Source: Phoronis australis (Eukaryota; Animalia; Phoronida). Taken from it: 64,000 nucleotides of DNA. The first letter of the stretch is position 1. Each line of letters begins with the position of its first letter. Below the pieces are notes generated by a model. It was given only the letters and a program-made list of their open reading frames with translations, searched no databases and had not been told where the DNA came from. Location of the stretch: positions 338,597-402,596 of the forward strand of contig NMRA01000389.1 of assembly GCA_002633005.1 (NCBI GenBank), given 5' to 3'. Positions 1-13,600 of this stretch are shown piece by piece. The position numbers and the translations under genes are program-made.

Positions 1-99
1 AATTAAAATACTTCAGAAATGAAATTTCTTGGTCACTTGTTGTTTACAATTTCGTCAAAAATTACATGTAAGGTCGTTATTACTTGGCGAATAAATTTC

Positions 100-870
100 G
101 CCAAGTATGTTGCTCTGTCACTAAGTTTGTTTTGTTATTTTTTTGTTTGTTCGCACGATACAGGTCGCAATTTTCGTCCGATCATCACGAAATTTACACA
201 TAACACGTACTTCCGGATCCAAGATGGCGGCTGTGGCGGCCATTTTGTTTTCATTTAAAGGTTCAAATGCTTCTGGAGGCTACAATTTTTTACGTAAAAG
301 GCTAAGAATCGCCACAGTGAATGGACCGGAAGTTTCCTACAAGTATACCGGAAATTGTTTACTTCCGGTTAAAGCTGGCGGAAATATCGGCGATCGCACA
401 TGCGCACCTCGATTTTGGCCTAAAAACGTTTTCTCCTGTAGAGGGCGCATTATCAGACCAATTCCTTCGAATTTTTACAGGTATTAGTTTCTTATGACAT
501 GCTATTATACAAAGCCAAAAAACCGGAAGTTGCTTTCAAGATGGCGGATCTGGCGCATGTTGACCCATTTTCAGTTGTGCTGGAGTGCGATTTTAAACGG
601 GAAGAGAAAAAGACGTGATTTTTTGCATGTGGATTCTTTGAAGTATATTCTTTCAAATGGACTGTAACAATTTTTTTCTCAGACTTACCGTTTTCGAGTT
701 ACTTGACTTTAAATTTCTTAAAAAAACGAAAAATTTAATTTTTTTCGAAAAATTTACGGAATTAGGTGATACCATCAGCTTAGATAGCATTTTTAACGGG
801 CTTTCAGAAGATGTTTTCCATTTTTCGCTAGGACGTCTACTTTTCGAGTTATTTGAGATTTTCTGATAAC
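100..870. repeat. Dispersed non-coding repeat or non-autonomous element fragments
   Basis: Recurrent caagatggcgg, ccggaagt, acgaaattt and ttttcgagtta motifs typical of invertebrate interspersed repeats; family not identifiable. Confidence 0.45.
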
Positions 871-971
871 GCTGTTCCTTTGTTGAGCGCTCTTGCTGCA
901 TTGATGTTGGTTTATCTTCTATTGAACTAGACTGTAGCCTATTTCTTATTGATTTATGACATCTAAGTTTG

Positions 972-1245
972 TCTTATGTATGTTGTGATGTTGTTCATCA
1001 TCGCCACCACCATCATCATATTCGTCATCATCGTCATCATCATCGTCATTGTCTTTTCCGTTAATTTTGCCAAGTGTCGCTCAAGAATGTAGCCCTTTTC
1101 TTACTGATTTCGGACTTCTATCTTCGTCATGTGTATGTTATTATTACTTCTTTTGTTCATCCTCGCCACCATCGTCGTCATATTCGTCATCATCTTTATC
1201 GTCATCTTTTTGGTTAATTTCGCCAAGCTTTGCTCCTCAGAGTGC
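972..1245. repeat. (CAT/CGT)n-rich low-complexity block, present twice
   Basis: Two similar ~120-bp units (ttgttcatc..cgccaccatc...gttaattt.gccaag). Confidence 0.7.
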
Positions 1246-1329
1246 TTTCATTTCCACCATTTTTCTCACAAAACATGCAGTTTTCACCAAGTTAAACATC
1301 AAAATGATGAAGCACATCATGTGGGTTGC

Positions 1330-1470
1330 AAATCAGCGCCACCTATCGAGCGCATTTGGGATCATCTTCAGAGGCTGGCATGACATACATTAGGCGACGC
1401 AGAAACTGGTAACAGTGCATGTCGCTGACTTTATTTATAAGTCATCAAAGAATTTTGATAGAGTTCTATA
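1330..1470 (+). mobile_element. Tc1/mariner transposase remnant
   Basis: Translates SAPPIERIWDHLQRL, resembling the Tc1 SPDLNPIExxWDxLxR motif around the catalytic Glu. Confidence 0.55.
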
Positions 1471-1531
1471 AAGTGGTCCTCTCCTTATAACGCTAAAACT
1501 TCACTTCAGAAGATGCAAGGTGTTTACTCAC

Positions 1532-1658
1532 GATAGTACACTCGTCAAGAGTCTGATCTGGACACCAGTGAAACATGCCACTTGAATCAAACATAGTCAG
1601 GTTAAGATCTGACTCATCCATGTGACCTTCATGTGTAGGACTAGCCATCTTCTCATTG
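1532..1658 (-). CDS. KCNMA1: Slo1 exon leading into RCK2
   Basis: [42 protein letters not shown]|gtgagt, 127 nt, phase 2->0; matches the Slo1 YDSTGMFHWC motif. Confidence 0.95.
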
Positions 1659-4600
1659 CTGAATTAAAAGAAAATGAACATTTCATAAACATAAGTACAA
1701 CAAAAAAGTGCTTGCATCCTAAATACATAACTAATAAATGAGATATAATGAGGTATATAACAAACAGGATCCTAAGTACATTAAAGAACCTATGAAAGTC
1801 AGTTTGAACACACACACTGATGACAAACAAATACATTACATCAACTGCAGGAAATTCTATTTTCAATCACCATCAACACCAGTGCTTGGCTCTAAAGTGG
1901 AATCAGACTGCAGGACCTCGCGGAATAGAATCGAATGAAAAAACAGCGTGGATCAGATCACTAAATACAGATCCTGAAAATACTCTGGTTGCTGGTTAGG
2001 TAATAAATCGCTTGTGGATGTCGCAAGCATAATTACAATAACCCTTGTAATGGAACGGCTCATACAAGTTATATTTTATTGAAAAAATAAAGTATACTAA
2101 ACAATATGGATAAGAACTATTACCAGTGATTAATAAGTTGGAATTAAACACACTTGTCTACCAAAACAACTATAACTCTTTCATTTTTTGTCCTAAATAT
2201 ACAAATTACAGGTCGCCGACTGGCCAATGTCGCTATGAAACAACCAGTCAAGTAAATTACCCAAGGAATAGGATTGAATTTTAACATAAATGCAAGAGTA
2301 AAGGATGAAAGGATTTGAAACATGTGCAACGGGGAGTGTTCGTAAGCCAGAGCATGTACATTCAATTTGATACATAGGCAGGTAAGCCAGACCACGTACA
2401 TTGATACATAGGCAGGTAAGCCAGACCACGTACATTGATACATAGGCAGGTAAGCCAGACCACGTACATTGATACACAGGCAAGTGTAAGAACTATGATT
2501 GCCACCTGGCGACACACCTATAATCTGATCCGTCAAAACTCATGCTGATCCATCCACAAAACGAATAATACCAGTATCTGCAAATTTCGTGAACATCCAT
2601 CCACGGGTTTTGGAGATATAGCAGCGGATGACGGACGAATGCCGGACAGAGAGGGATGAAGACATAACGCACCCACAAATAAATATGTGGAACTCACATA
2701 TAAATATGTGGGGGATGAAAGTTTGATTGACAGTTAAGTCTGAACTTGCAAGGCTTTCTGGTTTGCAGTACATCTTCACCCAAAAGTTATCGCCAGCTCC
2801 CAGTGATAACTATCAGTTGGCAAAATTACCTATGAGGACCACTAACGCTGCTCTCTAGAAAGCGTTGGTGGACCAACTAGCTGGTGAGCATGCAGCTACT
2901 GCAATCTTTGAGGCTCACACTTGAGTAATAGTCATGGATTCCGCATTCCGAGAACCATTTTTCTACACTGAGTAACGAGCATCAAACTAGTTCTCAGAAT
3001 CCAAGTCCCTTTTAAGTGACCATTGCCTGAATTTGACGGGCATTTACATATTCATGCATTCAAAAACTTTGGAGATTTTCATACATGCAGAAACTCCATG
3101 CACCAATGACATGGTTTTACGAACAAGGAATGTCAGTTACCTCATGCTAGATTTGGGAGTCCTTCTAGATGCTGACGAAGGTCTACTTCTCTTTCCATCT
3201 GCGTCTGCATGCTTAGCTGAGTTGAGTTTAACGAGAAGTGCTGGATTTACTGCAAACACAGAATATCATTTCAGAGGAACAACCAAGATACAATTGGGCT
3301 GAATGCACCATCAAATAAGGGATATTAAATTACAGAGTACTACACTTCACCTGTAACTCCCATATGTTACCTAACACTTTCTGACACCTGAATGCACAAA
3401 ACACTTTGTCAAGGTCAAATTCTATTTTCTGAAAATTACATTCCATCACTAGGGAACTAAACTACATCAATTAACTGACCAAACCAGAGCTTCATTTTAA
3501 TCAAGACCATAAAATCTTCAGTCACAAAACCAGCAATTGAACGATCAATAATTTACAACATACCCAGTATTTCTGAAAGCAGGTCCCCAAGTGGAATCGT
3601 TAGGAATGAAGTTTCTTGTTTTTGCAACAGAGCAAAGTATGAACACCAGACCTTAATAGTTTAGTTTCCTACAGCCAGCATACAGATCTGTGTATACCTT
3701 TTTGCACAGATTATACCATGGTGTTCAATATTACCTATTTAATGCAATAGAAAACGTGTAGCTTTCGTCGAATTTTCACACAAGCTCTAACCGCGTGAGC
3801 CTGTTTTCAGAAATCGCAGGACAATAAATTTTAAGTAGAGTGGGGGTGAGATCAGTCTTGTGAGGTCATGCTAGAATAACTACTAGAATGGAAATAATCT
3901 AGCTACAAATAGCTGTGTTGTGGAAACTAACCTACTCTATTGTATCTGACAATGAAATGAGACAACCAGAAAAAGTGTGCCTCGAGAGAAGATCATAAAA
4001 GTGCTGGCAACATGCAATTTGTTACAATGTAATAGTCACTGAAAATAGATAACATTTAAAAGAAATAAAAACTCTGGAGAGAAGGGTCTTGAAAAGTACC
4101 CTTCTACAATTATTGTGGAAAAATTACTGTACAGAAAGTGATTCAAAACAAACATGGAGGCATCAAGAAATAGAAGTAGGAATGTAGGCACTAGATTAAT
4201 TTAAAAGAAACTACTTAATAATTTGTCATAGCTTTATTTGTAGAAAGGATCCCTCGCTTAATTAGTGCTACAAAACATATAAAATTGTGGAACGATAAGT
4301 GTATAATTCAGCCAGGTAGGGAGGTCAGAGTCTTGACTTTATATTATCCCAGTAGTAACCAACCTTTCCCCCTATCACCCCCAGTTGTACCGACCCCAAT
4401 GTCTTGACAAGGACACCGTTAAATGTCTTACAAGGAAAGGTTTAAAAATGTAGCATATATATCACTATGCAGGAAATACGCAAGTGAAAGTTTATCTCAT
4501 ACCGCTTGGCACTTTCGTAAATAAAAACCCGTGTGGTGTTAGTCACAACTGTCAGCAAGTACGCTGGTCACCAGAGTGACTTTAGTTAGCAGTCAAATTA

Positions 4601-7600
4601 GAATACATGATGCCCAAAATAATGTTTCGTAAAAACAGTAACTTTAGTAAGTAGTGGGAATTCATAAAAAGGACAATAAACCAGGAGCCTTTTCCAAAAA
4701 CCAAATCGGGGAGGATTGGCCAGTCAGCAGTGTACAAGGCAGTGATGCTTTGGTCTATTCTGTGGACCACCACAGTAGTCGACACTTCACCAGGAAGGGC
4801 ATTGCCAAGCTTTACATGTTCAGAAGCATATTGATATTTAAAACCACTAATACCATTTTATTGCTTACTGCATTCAATTACACCTGCAAAGAGGGCACCT
4901 GTTCAAATATTATTTCTGAAGAGGATTAATATATTTCACCTGTTTTAGCTTGGAAACAACATCCATTTTTGGGAAAGACAGATCAACATACAATATGAAA
5001 CGAAATGTGAGAAAGTAAGTGCACAGAACTAATACAACAGAGAATGGACCTTGCACCATAAGAAAATCATGAGCTTAAAAATAAGACTTAGGTTTGGCAA
5101 GTCTAACCTCCCTGAATAGGTAGCTTCGTGAAACTGATTTCATCTAAAAAACAGCAAATCAATATACACTGTAAACGTACTGAAATAATGTGGAAACTGA
5201 AACACAAGCAACTAAGCTACAATACCAAGCACAACACGAAAAACATACATCAGGGGAGCATCAACAAAGATGATCAACAAGGTTATTGCACTATTCTTGG
5301 CAACTTTGTGTTTTAAAACAACGGAGGCGTTTTTGGTTTTGGTCTGGGTTGATGCACACAGCAACACAGATACAAACTTGGAATTCGTTTTTAAATGGCA
5401 ATGATTGGTTATAAGGTCACTCCCATAATAGACAGCCGAAGCGTATAGTACGTTGTCATGGTGAAATCTTGCCAAATTGCAACAAAATATGGCTGACAAG
5501 TGAAACTTTCTCATAAAAGATTCAGTAATATAAAATAAATGAAATATAATATTTTAAGATCTATACCATAGCTACCATATGACAAAAATTTTTGAGAAAT
5601 TGTGGACATTCACGATACTGTTAGAAGCTTTTGAAAAACGAAAAGACCAATTTAGGCAATTATTTTTGTCAAAAATTCTAAGCGAGATGCTACTGTACTT
5701 AAAAATATCCATGTCCATCCCATCAATGGAGAATTTCAGCTCCTAAAACAGACACTATTTCTTGACCCTGTGACTGTTGGGTATATGATGTTCGGTTTCA
5801 CTCTTGAGCCATTTAAAAGTTGACACAAACAATGTCCTCTTGTTAAAAACGTTAAATTTCTTTTCAGACACATTTAATCTTCCAAAGCAATATCATTGCA
5901 TTCTTATCCCTTGTTTAAATTGGAATTGGTTCCAATAAATTGCCTGCAATTCCCCTGATGGTCATATTGCCTTGGCAACTGAAAGTTACACAAGGTGACT
6001 ACCAACTTAATGGGGTTGGTATGAAGCAATGAGTTGTCATTCTCAAGCTTAGAAAACATTTCTAATCTAAAAGGAACAAGTCTTCTAGACTAACTTTGCA
6101 ACAGTAAGATGGCTAAATAAAGTGCTTAGACAAAAATCACTGATTTATTGCCCTTCTAGTGTCTGGATCTTTAGTCAGATTAAGAAGTCCATAGCTTGAA
6201 AATTTCATTTTTAATCATTAAAGCTGAGATCAACAGCCACCCACTGGCATCAACTGGAACAAACACAATATCCACGTTTGCAAAACATAAAAGAGAAGTA
6301 AAGCTGAAAACCGAGAAGAAAAAGAAAGTACATATTTAAATCTTAGACGAATACCTTATCACTTGATCTATTAATGCATAACTTCACCACACATCCATAA
6401 GAAAGCTTGCCACAAGAGACTCAGAGTTTCAAAACTAAAACTAAAGCACATAAACATGCTTGTGTGACTGTAGGCACAACTGCCATGTTCTCAGAAATGA
6501 AAAACTAAATCAACATAGAGTGCGCATAATGTAACAACAAACACAAGACAAAAAACTATAACCAAATGACTCTACCAGGATTTTCTAGTAGTTTCACACC
6601 TGAGTCAGCTGAGGATTCCTGCTCGTTAGTAGTAGATGGTAACTTTTTTAATGCTAAATAAAACAAACAAATCAATACTATTAGTACAATTCATCTAACA
6701 ATTAGGCTATGCAAACTGTTAAGAGTTAGAGCACATGCTATCAATTACAAATAACGTTGTTTTTGGGATCACAACCAGCATTAAGGTTTCAGAGGCCAGC
6801 TCACAGGTGCGAGACAAAACTCAACTTTCTTCGCATTGAGTAAACAACATTATCATGCTCTCATAATACAAAGTTACGGTCAGAACATTGAAGTTAGGTT
6901 ATAATGGCTCTAGATTCCAAGCTAACAAGACCTTTAGCTTAATCCAAACATATTTTCAAAATTAAAAAAATCTCAAAATGGTGAACGGCACCCTTATGAC
7001 ACGCCGAAGTGTGAAGGTCAAGAAATTGTATGTCCAGTTGTGACCTAGGGTTAAGAAACCACTCATTATTAACAGCATGGGAGCAGGTCATATTTTAACC
7101 AAGCTGTTCAAACACCCTGAGACAGACCATCAGTTACCTTGTAAATGCCACTTAAAAGAGAAATGTACAGACAATTCTTCACTTAGAGTAATCATAAACA
7201 TTAGTGATCACAAAATTTTCCAGACTGGTTTGCCCAACATAATTTGACGTTTTTGGTTTTTGAACTACAAGAAATTGATGTTTTTGTTGTTGTTGTTGTC
7301 CATGTTGTTAAATTGTTGTAATCATGCACTACTAGTCAAGTCAAGCAAAACTTACATGGTGGGGACCAGGAGAGGGACTCAAGCTCACTACAAGACAACT
7401 ATAGCTGGGGATGTTCCTTTATCCAAAGTCGAGATATTCATTAAGCTATGCCACAGCTTAGGGTCCTGCTCAAATTAGGGCCCCCCAACTTTGTAATACT
7501 CAGCCAAAAGATTAGAATGAGTAGCTAAGATAACCCGAACCCTCATACTTCCTGTTGGTAGTGGTGTCCAGAAAACGTAATCCAACGCTACCTTTCCCCA

Positions 7601-10600
7601 CCCAAAACCCCCATGTAGGTCAAACAACATTCTGACTGCAATTTGTAAGGTGAGATTCTTCTGAGAAGTGACAGGTCCCACACATCTTTGTGATATTACT
7701 CAATGCATTACTAGAGAAGCCCGTGATCTCGCTTTCACTACATAACAGAACAGGTCCCTGTGTATGGATTTCTGCATTCAGATCATAAAAAGGAGCTGAT
7801 TACTTCATTTGGATCATTCGGAGAGTATCCAGCCAAAAACCATCTTTGTAACATTTAAAACGATACTTTTGAATTGTGGGTCAAACGCTTTTGTCAATAT
7901 ATATTTTGCAGTTGCTGAACTTCTTGTTCATGACTCAGGTCGTAGAATTAGGTACAAGTATGGAGTCGGCCATAATTGCATTTTTAAATTGATACTAAAC
8001 TACACTAACAGGCTAGCTTTAACCATTACGTTAGACAAACCAACAAAATTCACAAATTGGAACATATCTTACATGACTACAATGAAAATTCCTCAATTGT
8101 GGACATTCTCATTAATTTGGGACACTGAAACATTTCGAAAAACAATTTAACATTTTCATTGGGAGCAGAAAAATTTTTACCTTCCCAAGTATGAAAGATT
8201 TTCATAACTTTAGACAAATTCACATCTCGCTATGGCCAAATAGTCCTGGTCACATGAAAATTATGAAGTCATATCCTTCACTTCTTAATTCAAAAAATAT
8301 TAATCTGTGTCCAAAATTATTAAGGAATTTTGATCCTATAACAGGCCAACTCTACCAATTTAAAACACAAAATGTCACAGGTTTTTACTATAATGTTGCA
8401 CAGTTCCAACAATCAGATATCAATAACAGCGCACACGTGCAGCGTGTGTGTGCCCATGGCAAATTGACAAATATAAACATAAAAACACAAAAGAATTAAC
8501 GGAAATGAGAACATTCGTAATACAAACTTACTTCAACGTGGCATAATTAAAACACTGTTAAATAGACGGCAAGTCTGACAACAATGGAATAACCACATAA
8601 TGTAAATAATTTACTGAAGACAAAAGCAATTTTTTCTGCAGAGCTGAAACAGTTCGTATTTTTTGTTCTATTAGTTTCTTTTTCCAGATTTTGATTTAAT
8701 TAGTATTTCATGGCTCTGTTCAGAAACCAAGGTAGACTAAACAACAGCAAGATTAAAAAATATCAAAATTTTAAGCGCAAAACATGAAAATTTCCAATAA
8801 CAAAATTAAAACATCATAAAACTCTATGTTACTTAGCATGTTAAGTAATTTCTAATTGGAGAAAATATGTCAAAGATATTTGAAGCAAATATTTGATGAG
8901 TCAATAATTATCCTTCAGAATCAACTATTGCATTTTTGATTAAATAAGCAAATATTACATTTGACGTAGATCCTTGCACAATTGGTAAAAGACCTCCAAA
9001 CTGGACATTAAGCACTCGATCATATTTTCGACAGTCATGATAAGTGACATGCTGCCTGATCAGAAATTATGACCTAGTTTTGTAAGCCCAGTACTGAGAC
9101 GTGTTTTTAGCTGATAATTACGCTAATATAGAAAAATAAAACAGCTGAAGCAAACTGAGAAACCTCTTCGCATCAGAAATCGCTGAAATTTCAACACAAC
9201 AAATTTCTGGTCATTTTCAAATAACACTCAAAGCGGCTATAAACTCTGTTGGGTCCAAGAACAAAAATTTTGATTCAGACCACTTAAGGATTGGTTCATA
9301 CTCGGATGCTATTTCTGAGCTTCAAAAAACTGACAGTTCATTATTCCTTGAGACCATACTTGATGCATAACATGGCTGTGACAAGTCATCTTGAAGAGAC
9401 TGGTCTAAAAATGACAAAAACAATAGAACCTCCAAAACTCTGAAATCACTTCCAATTTGAATAAAGAACAACTTGAGACCAATTCCAAGTGGTCTCAATC
9501 AAAATTTGGTTTTTATGATGGAAGTAGGGTTAATGGCCGATTTAAAAGTGCTACATTCCATCTGTATTGCCTCTAAGTTTTCAATATACTTTTCAAATTC
9601 ATCAACTGATTTTGTGAAGAATACCAAACTACGAACTGTTTCAGCCCTATTAGCTAGCACACGTGTGTTAACACCAGTTTATGATCATGCAACTTGGGGG
9701 ACAAAAAAGTGTCACTAATTACTAATACATGAATTTACAACAGAAATTACGCAGATACCATGCAAAGCGTCGGCTCGTGAACACCTTTAGTGTACAAGGA
9801 AATAATCTGCATAATTCAGTATTGTACATGTACGTGACAATCAAGACAGCAGACTCCCAAGTTAATTGACAATTCTTAACAGTTGAATCATGTTGCGTGC
9901 AAATACATGAACGATTTGAGAGCACTTTTTGTTAGTTTTCTGCTGAAGAGAGCAGTCATTTTTTTCTAAGTTTAAAGGCACATTGAGCAAGCATACACAA
10001 GTTACACAACCTGGGGTGAACAACTAGTATGACTATAGTTATGGCACACATAGGCATTTCAATGGCAAGTTTGATTTGGATTTAATTCTGCATCTGTTAG
10101 AAGCAATAACCGAAGTCGTGGAGTTAAGCAAATTATAAATGCTGAAAGAAACCTATGACGGTAATTAAAGTTCAGGTTGGAAACTGAAAAGTAAAATCTT
10201 ACTAATTTCATAAAAAAATGGGCCAAATTGCCCCTTTTTCATTTTTAGAGGCTTCTAACATTGTAGTATATGCCTACACTTTTCACAAATATTGTCTGGT
10301 TTTAGCTCCGATACAAAACGTGAACAAAGAAAAGCATTAATTTGATGTCACATATCTATTCAGAAGATACAAGAAAATAAAAATTCGCTTGCCTGCCATA
10401 CTGTGTCTTAACTTGGTGAGGTTTTACCATAAGTCTTTTGGGCTCGTTCAACAAATTTGAAGCCTCTCAAAGCACGCTCAATATGCCTTTAAGAAGCTAA
10501 AGAACTGAATAGAAAATCATATCCAAAAATTGTGCACAAAGATCAAAATACCACCACGATGCAAGGCATTAAAAGTCTCCTCAAAACATGCACCAAGCAC

Positions 10601-13600
10601 GAAAACACCTGATAAGAAACTGCAAAACATAATGATAAAACATCGTCCTAACTATACATGCACCTTAATCAAAAGAAACTCAAAATGTTTTACCCTTTGC
10701 ACACCATGTTGACAAAACCAAGTGACGACAAATATTTCTTAAGCATTTGGTGTGTATAAAGATAATAAATATGAAATGAAATGAAAGAATAACGATCGCC
10801 ATTAACGTTACAATCGAGAGAATGCAAGATAAAAAATGTCTCCTTTACAAGAGCTGGCCCCTTGTGAAAACAAAAATCATTATTAATTACATAATAACAG
10901 GCTGCACAAGTCCATAGCACACAGCTGATGTGAATAACCTGATTAAACGGCAAATCTTTTTCTCATGCAAGTCTTATGTTCCTGAGAGACACTTTCATCG
11001 TGAAAACTCTTGGATTAACATAAATAAACCAATAAGAACTATTACTACTGCACTGTTTCATAACACTAAAAAGACAAAGCAATTACTAACTACTTGAAAC
11101 TAGCCAAGCAAAATAAATACCTATGAGAGCTTTGGCCCCCTTGCGGAATATTTTCACTGAAGAAAACGGAAGAAATCTCTATTATTAGTTAAAACCATGA
11201 CGAGCAACACAATATGCTTCATAGTCCTTTGCTCATTTCACATCCTTAACTCACCTTATTCTCAAAGAACAGGAACTACATAAAACGTACAAGAAGAGTG
11301 TTTTGCTGAATAGACATACAAATCTTATCAGACTTAACACACGATATACGATATCTGAAAAATTCATCCCATTACATAGGAAAAGCTCACCAAGAGACAA
11401 ATAATGTAAAGTAACACAAATATCAGACTTCATTGATTTCCACTTCACAACTTTAGTGACAAATAGGTGTATTAAGCCAAATACCTACAAAACCAAAAAT
11501 TTAAATTTGATAAAAGAATATATAGGTTCAAGCAGAATTTGAATTTTTGATTTTTACCATTCTGCCGTTAACTGGGTCACATCACCAGGTTTTTTTAGAA
11601 TATTTAGCAAAAATGAAGGTATCAATAACATGACCAAATTTCATTTGATATAAATGTTCAATTTCAAAAACGCTGTTACAGTTTTCTAAATTATTATTTG
11701 TTCAGATATTTATTACTTATTATCATTTTTTGTTTTCTTTCTGAGCAACGTTTTCCCTGGAGACCATAAAAGTCCTATCTTTAATAGCCCCTCGAGCAAA
11801 TGTACACCAATTTAAAAACAATTCCTAAAAGCATTTTGGAGAAAAAGGCATAAAGCACAGTATATGAAAACTTCATAAGGATCCAATCAGCCATTTCTGA
11901 GATATGATGTTTTTCTGCCAAATTTGGAATTTTTCTAATACCCTACATAATCTCACAAACTCATGTATTGAATGTATTAATGTGGAATTGACAAGCAGAA
12001 AACATAAAACATTCACAACCCATAACTGCCCCATCAATGTTGATGAGATCATTCCCACAGGCACTCAGAATGCACATCCAAGATCAAGTCTAACGTACAA
12101 TCTTTTTTCAATCCATTGATTTTTGAAACTGTTAACCACCAACCAGAAACTCCACCTGGTGTCTCGTGACAGAATCATCATATTTCTGTGTGAATGACAG
12201 CCAATCTTCGGCAACAAAATGAATCAGTTCGACCAAAGTCCACAAATCAATTTGAGTAAGGTCGAGACCAATTCTATTGTGGCACGAGGTGTACTCCTGC
12301 TTGGAATATCACCGAAGGTGAATACATCGGGAATATTAACTGAAGACTGCAGTTAGTAGCTCCATAAAGCAAGCTATATGAGCAGACTATCATACTTACA
12401 TCCTCTACATTTGCATTTCTTGATGGCTCTCACGTCAGTCACATCACTATGGCATGCTTTACAGTAAAAACAGGCCCTGAAATAAATTAAGCATCCATGG
12501 ATACTTGTTACAAGCAGCAACACTGGTCCATTGTAATCTGCTTTGTATTGTATTGCAATGGAAGAACTAAACTGATAATTTTTAGCAAAGCTGGCTGAAA
12601 TCTTAGTCACATTGATAGTTTTTAGCAAAAAAGTGTGTACTGTAGGTGTAAATGTATTGTAATATTGTATCTTGGTTGTGTATACGACAGGATCATGCAG
12701 TAAATACAACCTTGGCTAACATGTGTAATATATTTTCTATAAGTAAAATCTATTATAATTCATTCTTATTATCAATAAATGCTCTTCATAAGACAACAGC
12801 TCTAAATATGGTAAGTATTTGTTAATAGATTGGAGAAAGCAATGAAGCTTGGATTCATTTCAAACAAAGTCTTTAAAAGAGTTCAATAAGGTTGAAACTA
12901 AGACATAATGAATGCTAAGCTTGTGATGAAAACATTGGCATTGCAGTGTAACGACACTCATCAAGAACTTAACCAGAGGCAGTGTCAGGCACACAATACA
13001 CGTTACCTTTTAACCTCATCTGCTGATTGGGCAATAAAGAATCCTTGAGTAGAATCATCGATCTTAACGTTAGCTCCAGGATTTATAGCAATGCAGCTCT
13101 CACTTTTATCAGAGGTCTTGGCTTCAATTGCTATTAGCAGCAACTTCAGTTTAGTGAAACACAGCCTACAAAACATGAAATTGCAAATGCTATCTATAAA
13201 TGCGCCCGGTCCTAAGCAGATTTTTGTTGCCTTTATTGATTCTATTTTAAGCAGCAAATGTTTTTATTGTCACTTTTCTTTTGATGAAGGCAGAAATGTC
13301 CGAATATGCAGATGATTTAAATGATGTTTGTAATTCTTCTTATGTTATTGCCAGGAAACTTGATCCACTCAGTTAGTTCCGAGATCCTACAGGCAAAATA
13401 AGTGTATCCCTCAATCACTAAACTGCTAACACACACTGACAGCTAAAAGAGGCAGTTGCTATGCCCTCATCATAATTGATGTTCCATGCAGGCACAAAAG
13501 TCGTTGACTTAATGCTTTAGAATACACAACTGGCCAAGGAGCTCTTAACGATCAATAGTCCTTCTCAGGCCAATGTTCCACAATTATTATTACATTGATG

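Noticed and set aside
1049-1393. Membrane-protein-like or Ser-rich ORFs
   Set aside because: Translation of (CAT/CGT)n low-complexity repeats plus a Tc1 fragment
2493-3000. Additional Slo1 linker exons
   Set aside because: 2500-2680 looks like an interspersed repeat; candidates at 2830-2968 are not phase-compatible (2->2) without stops
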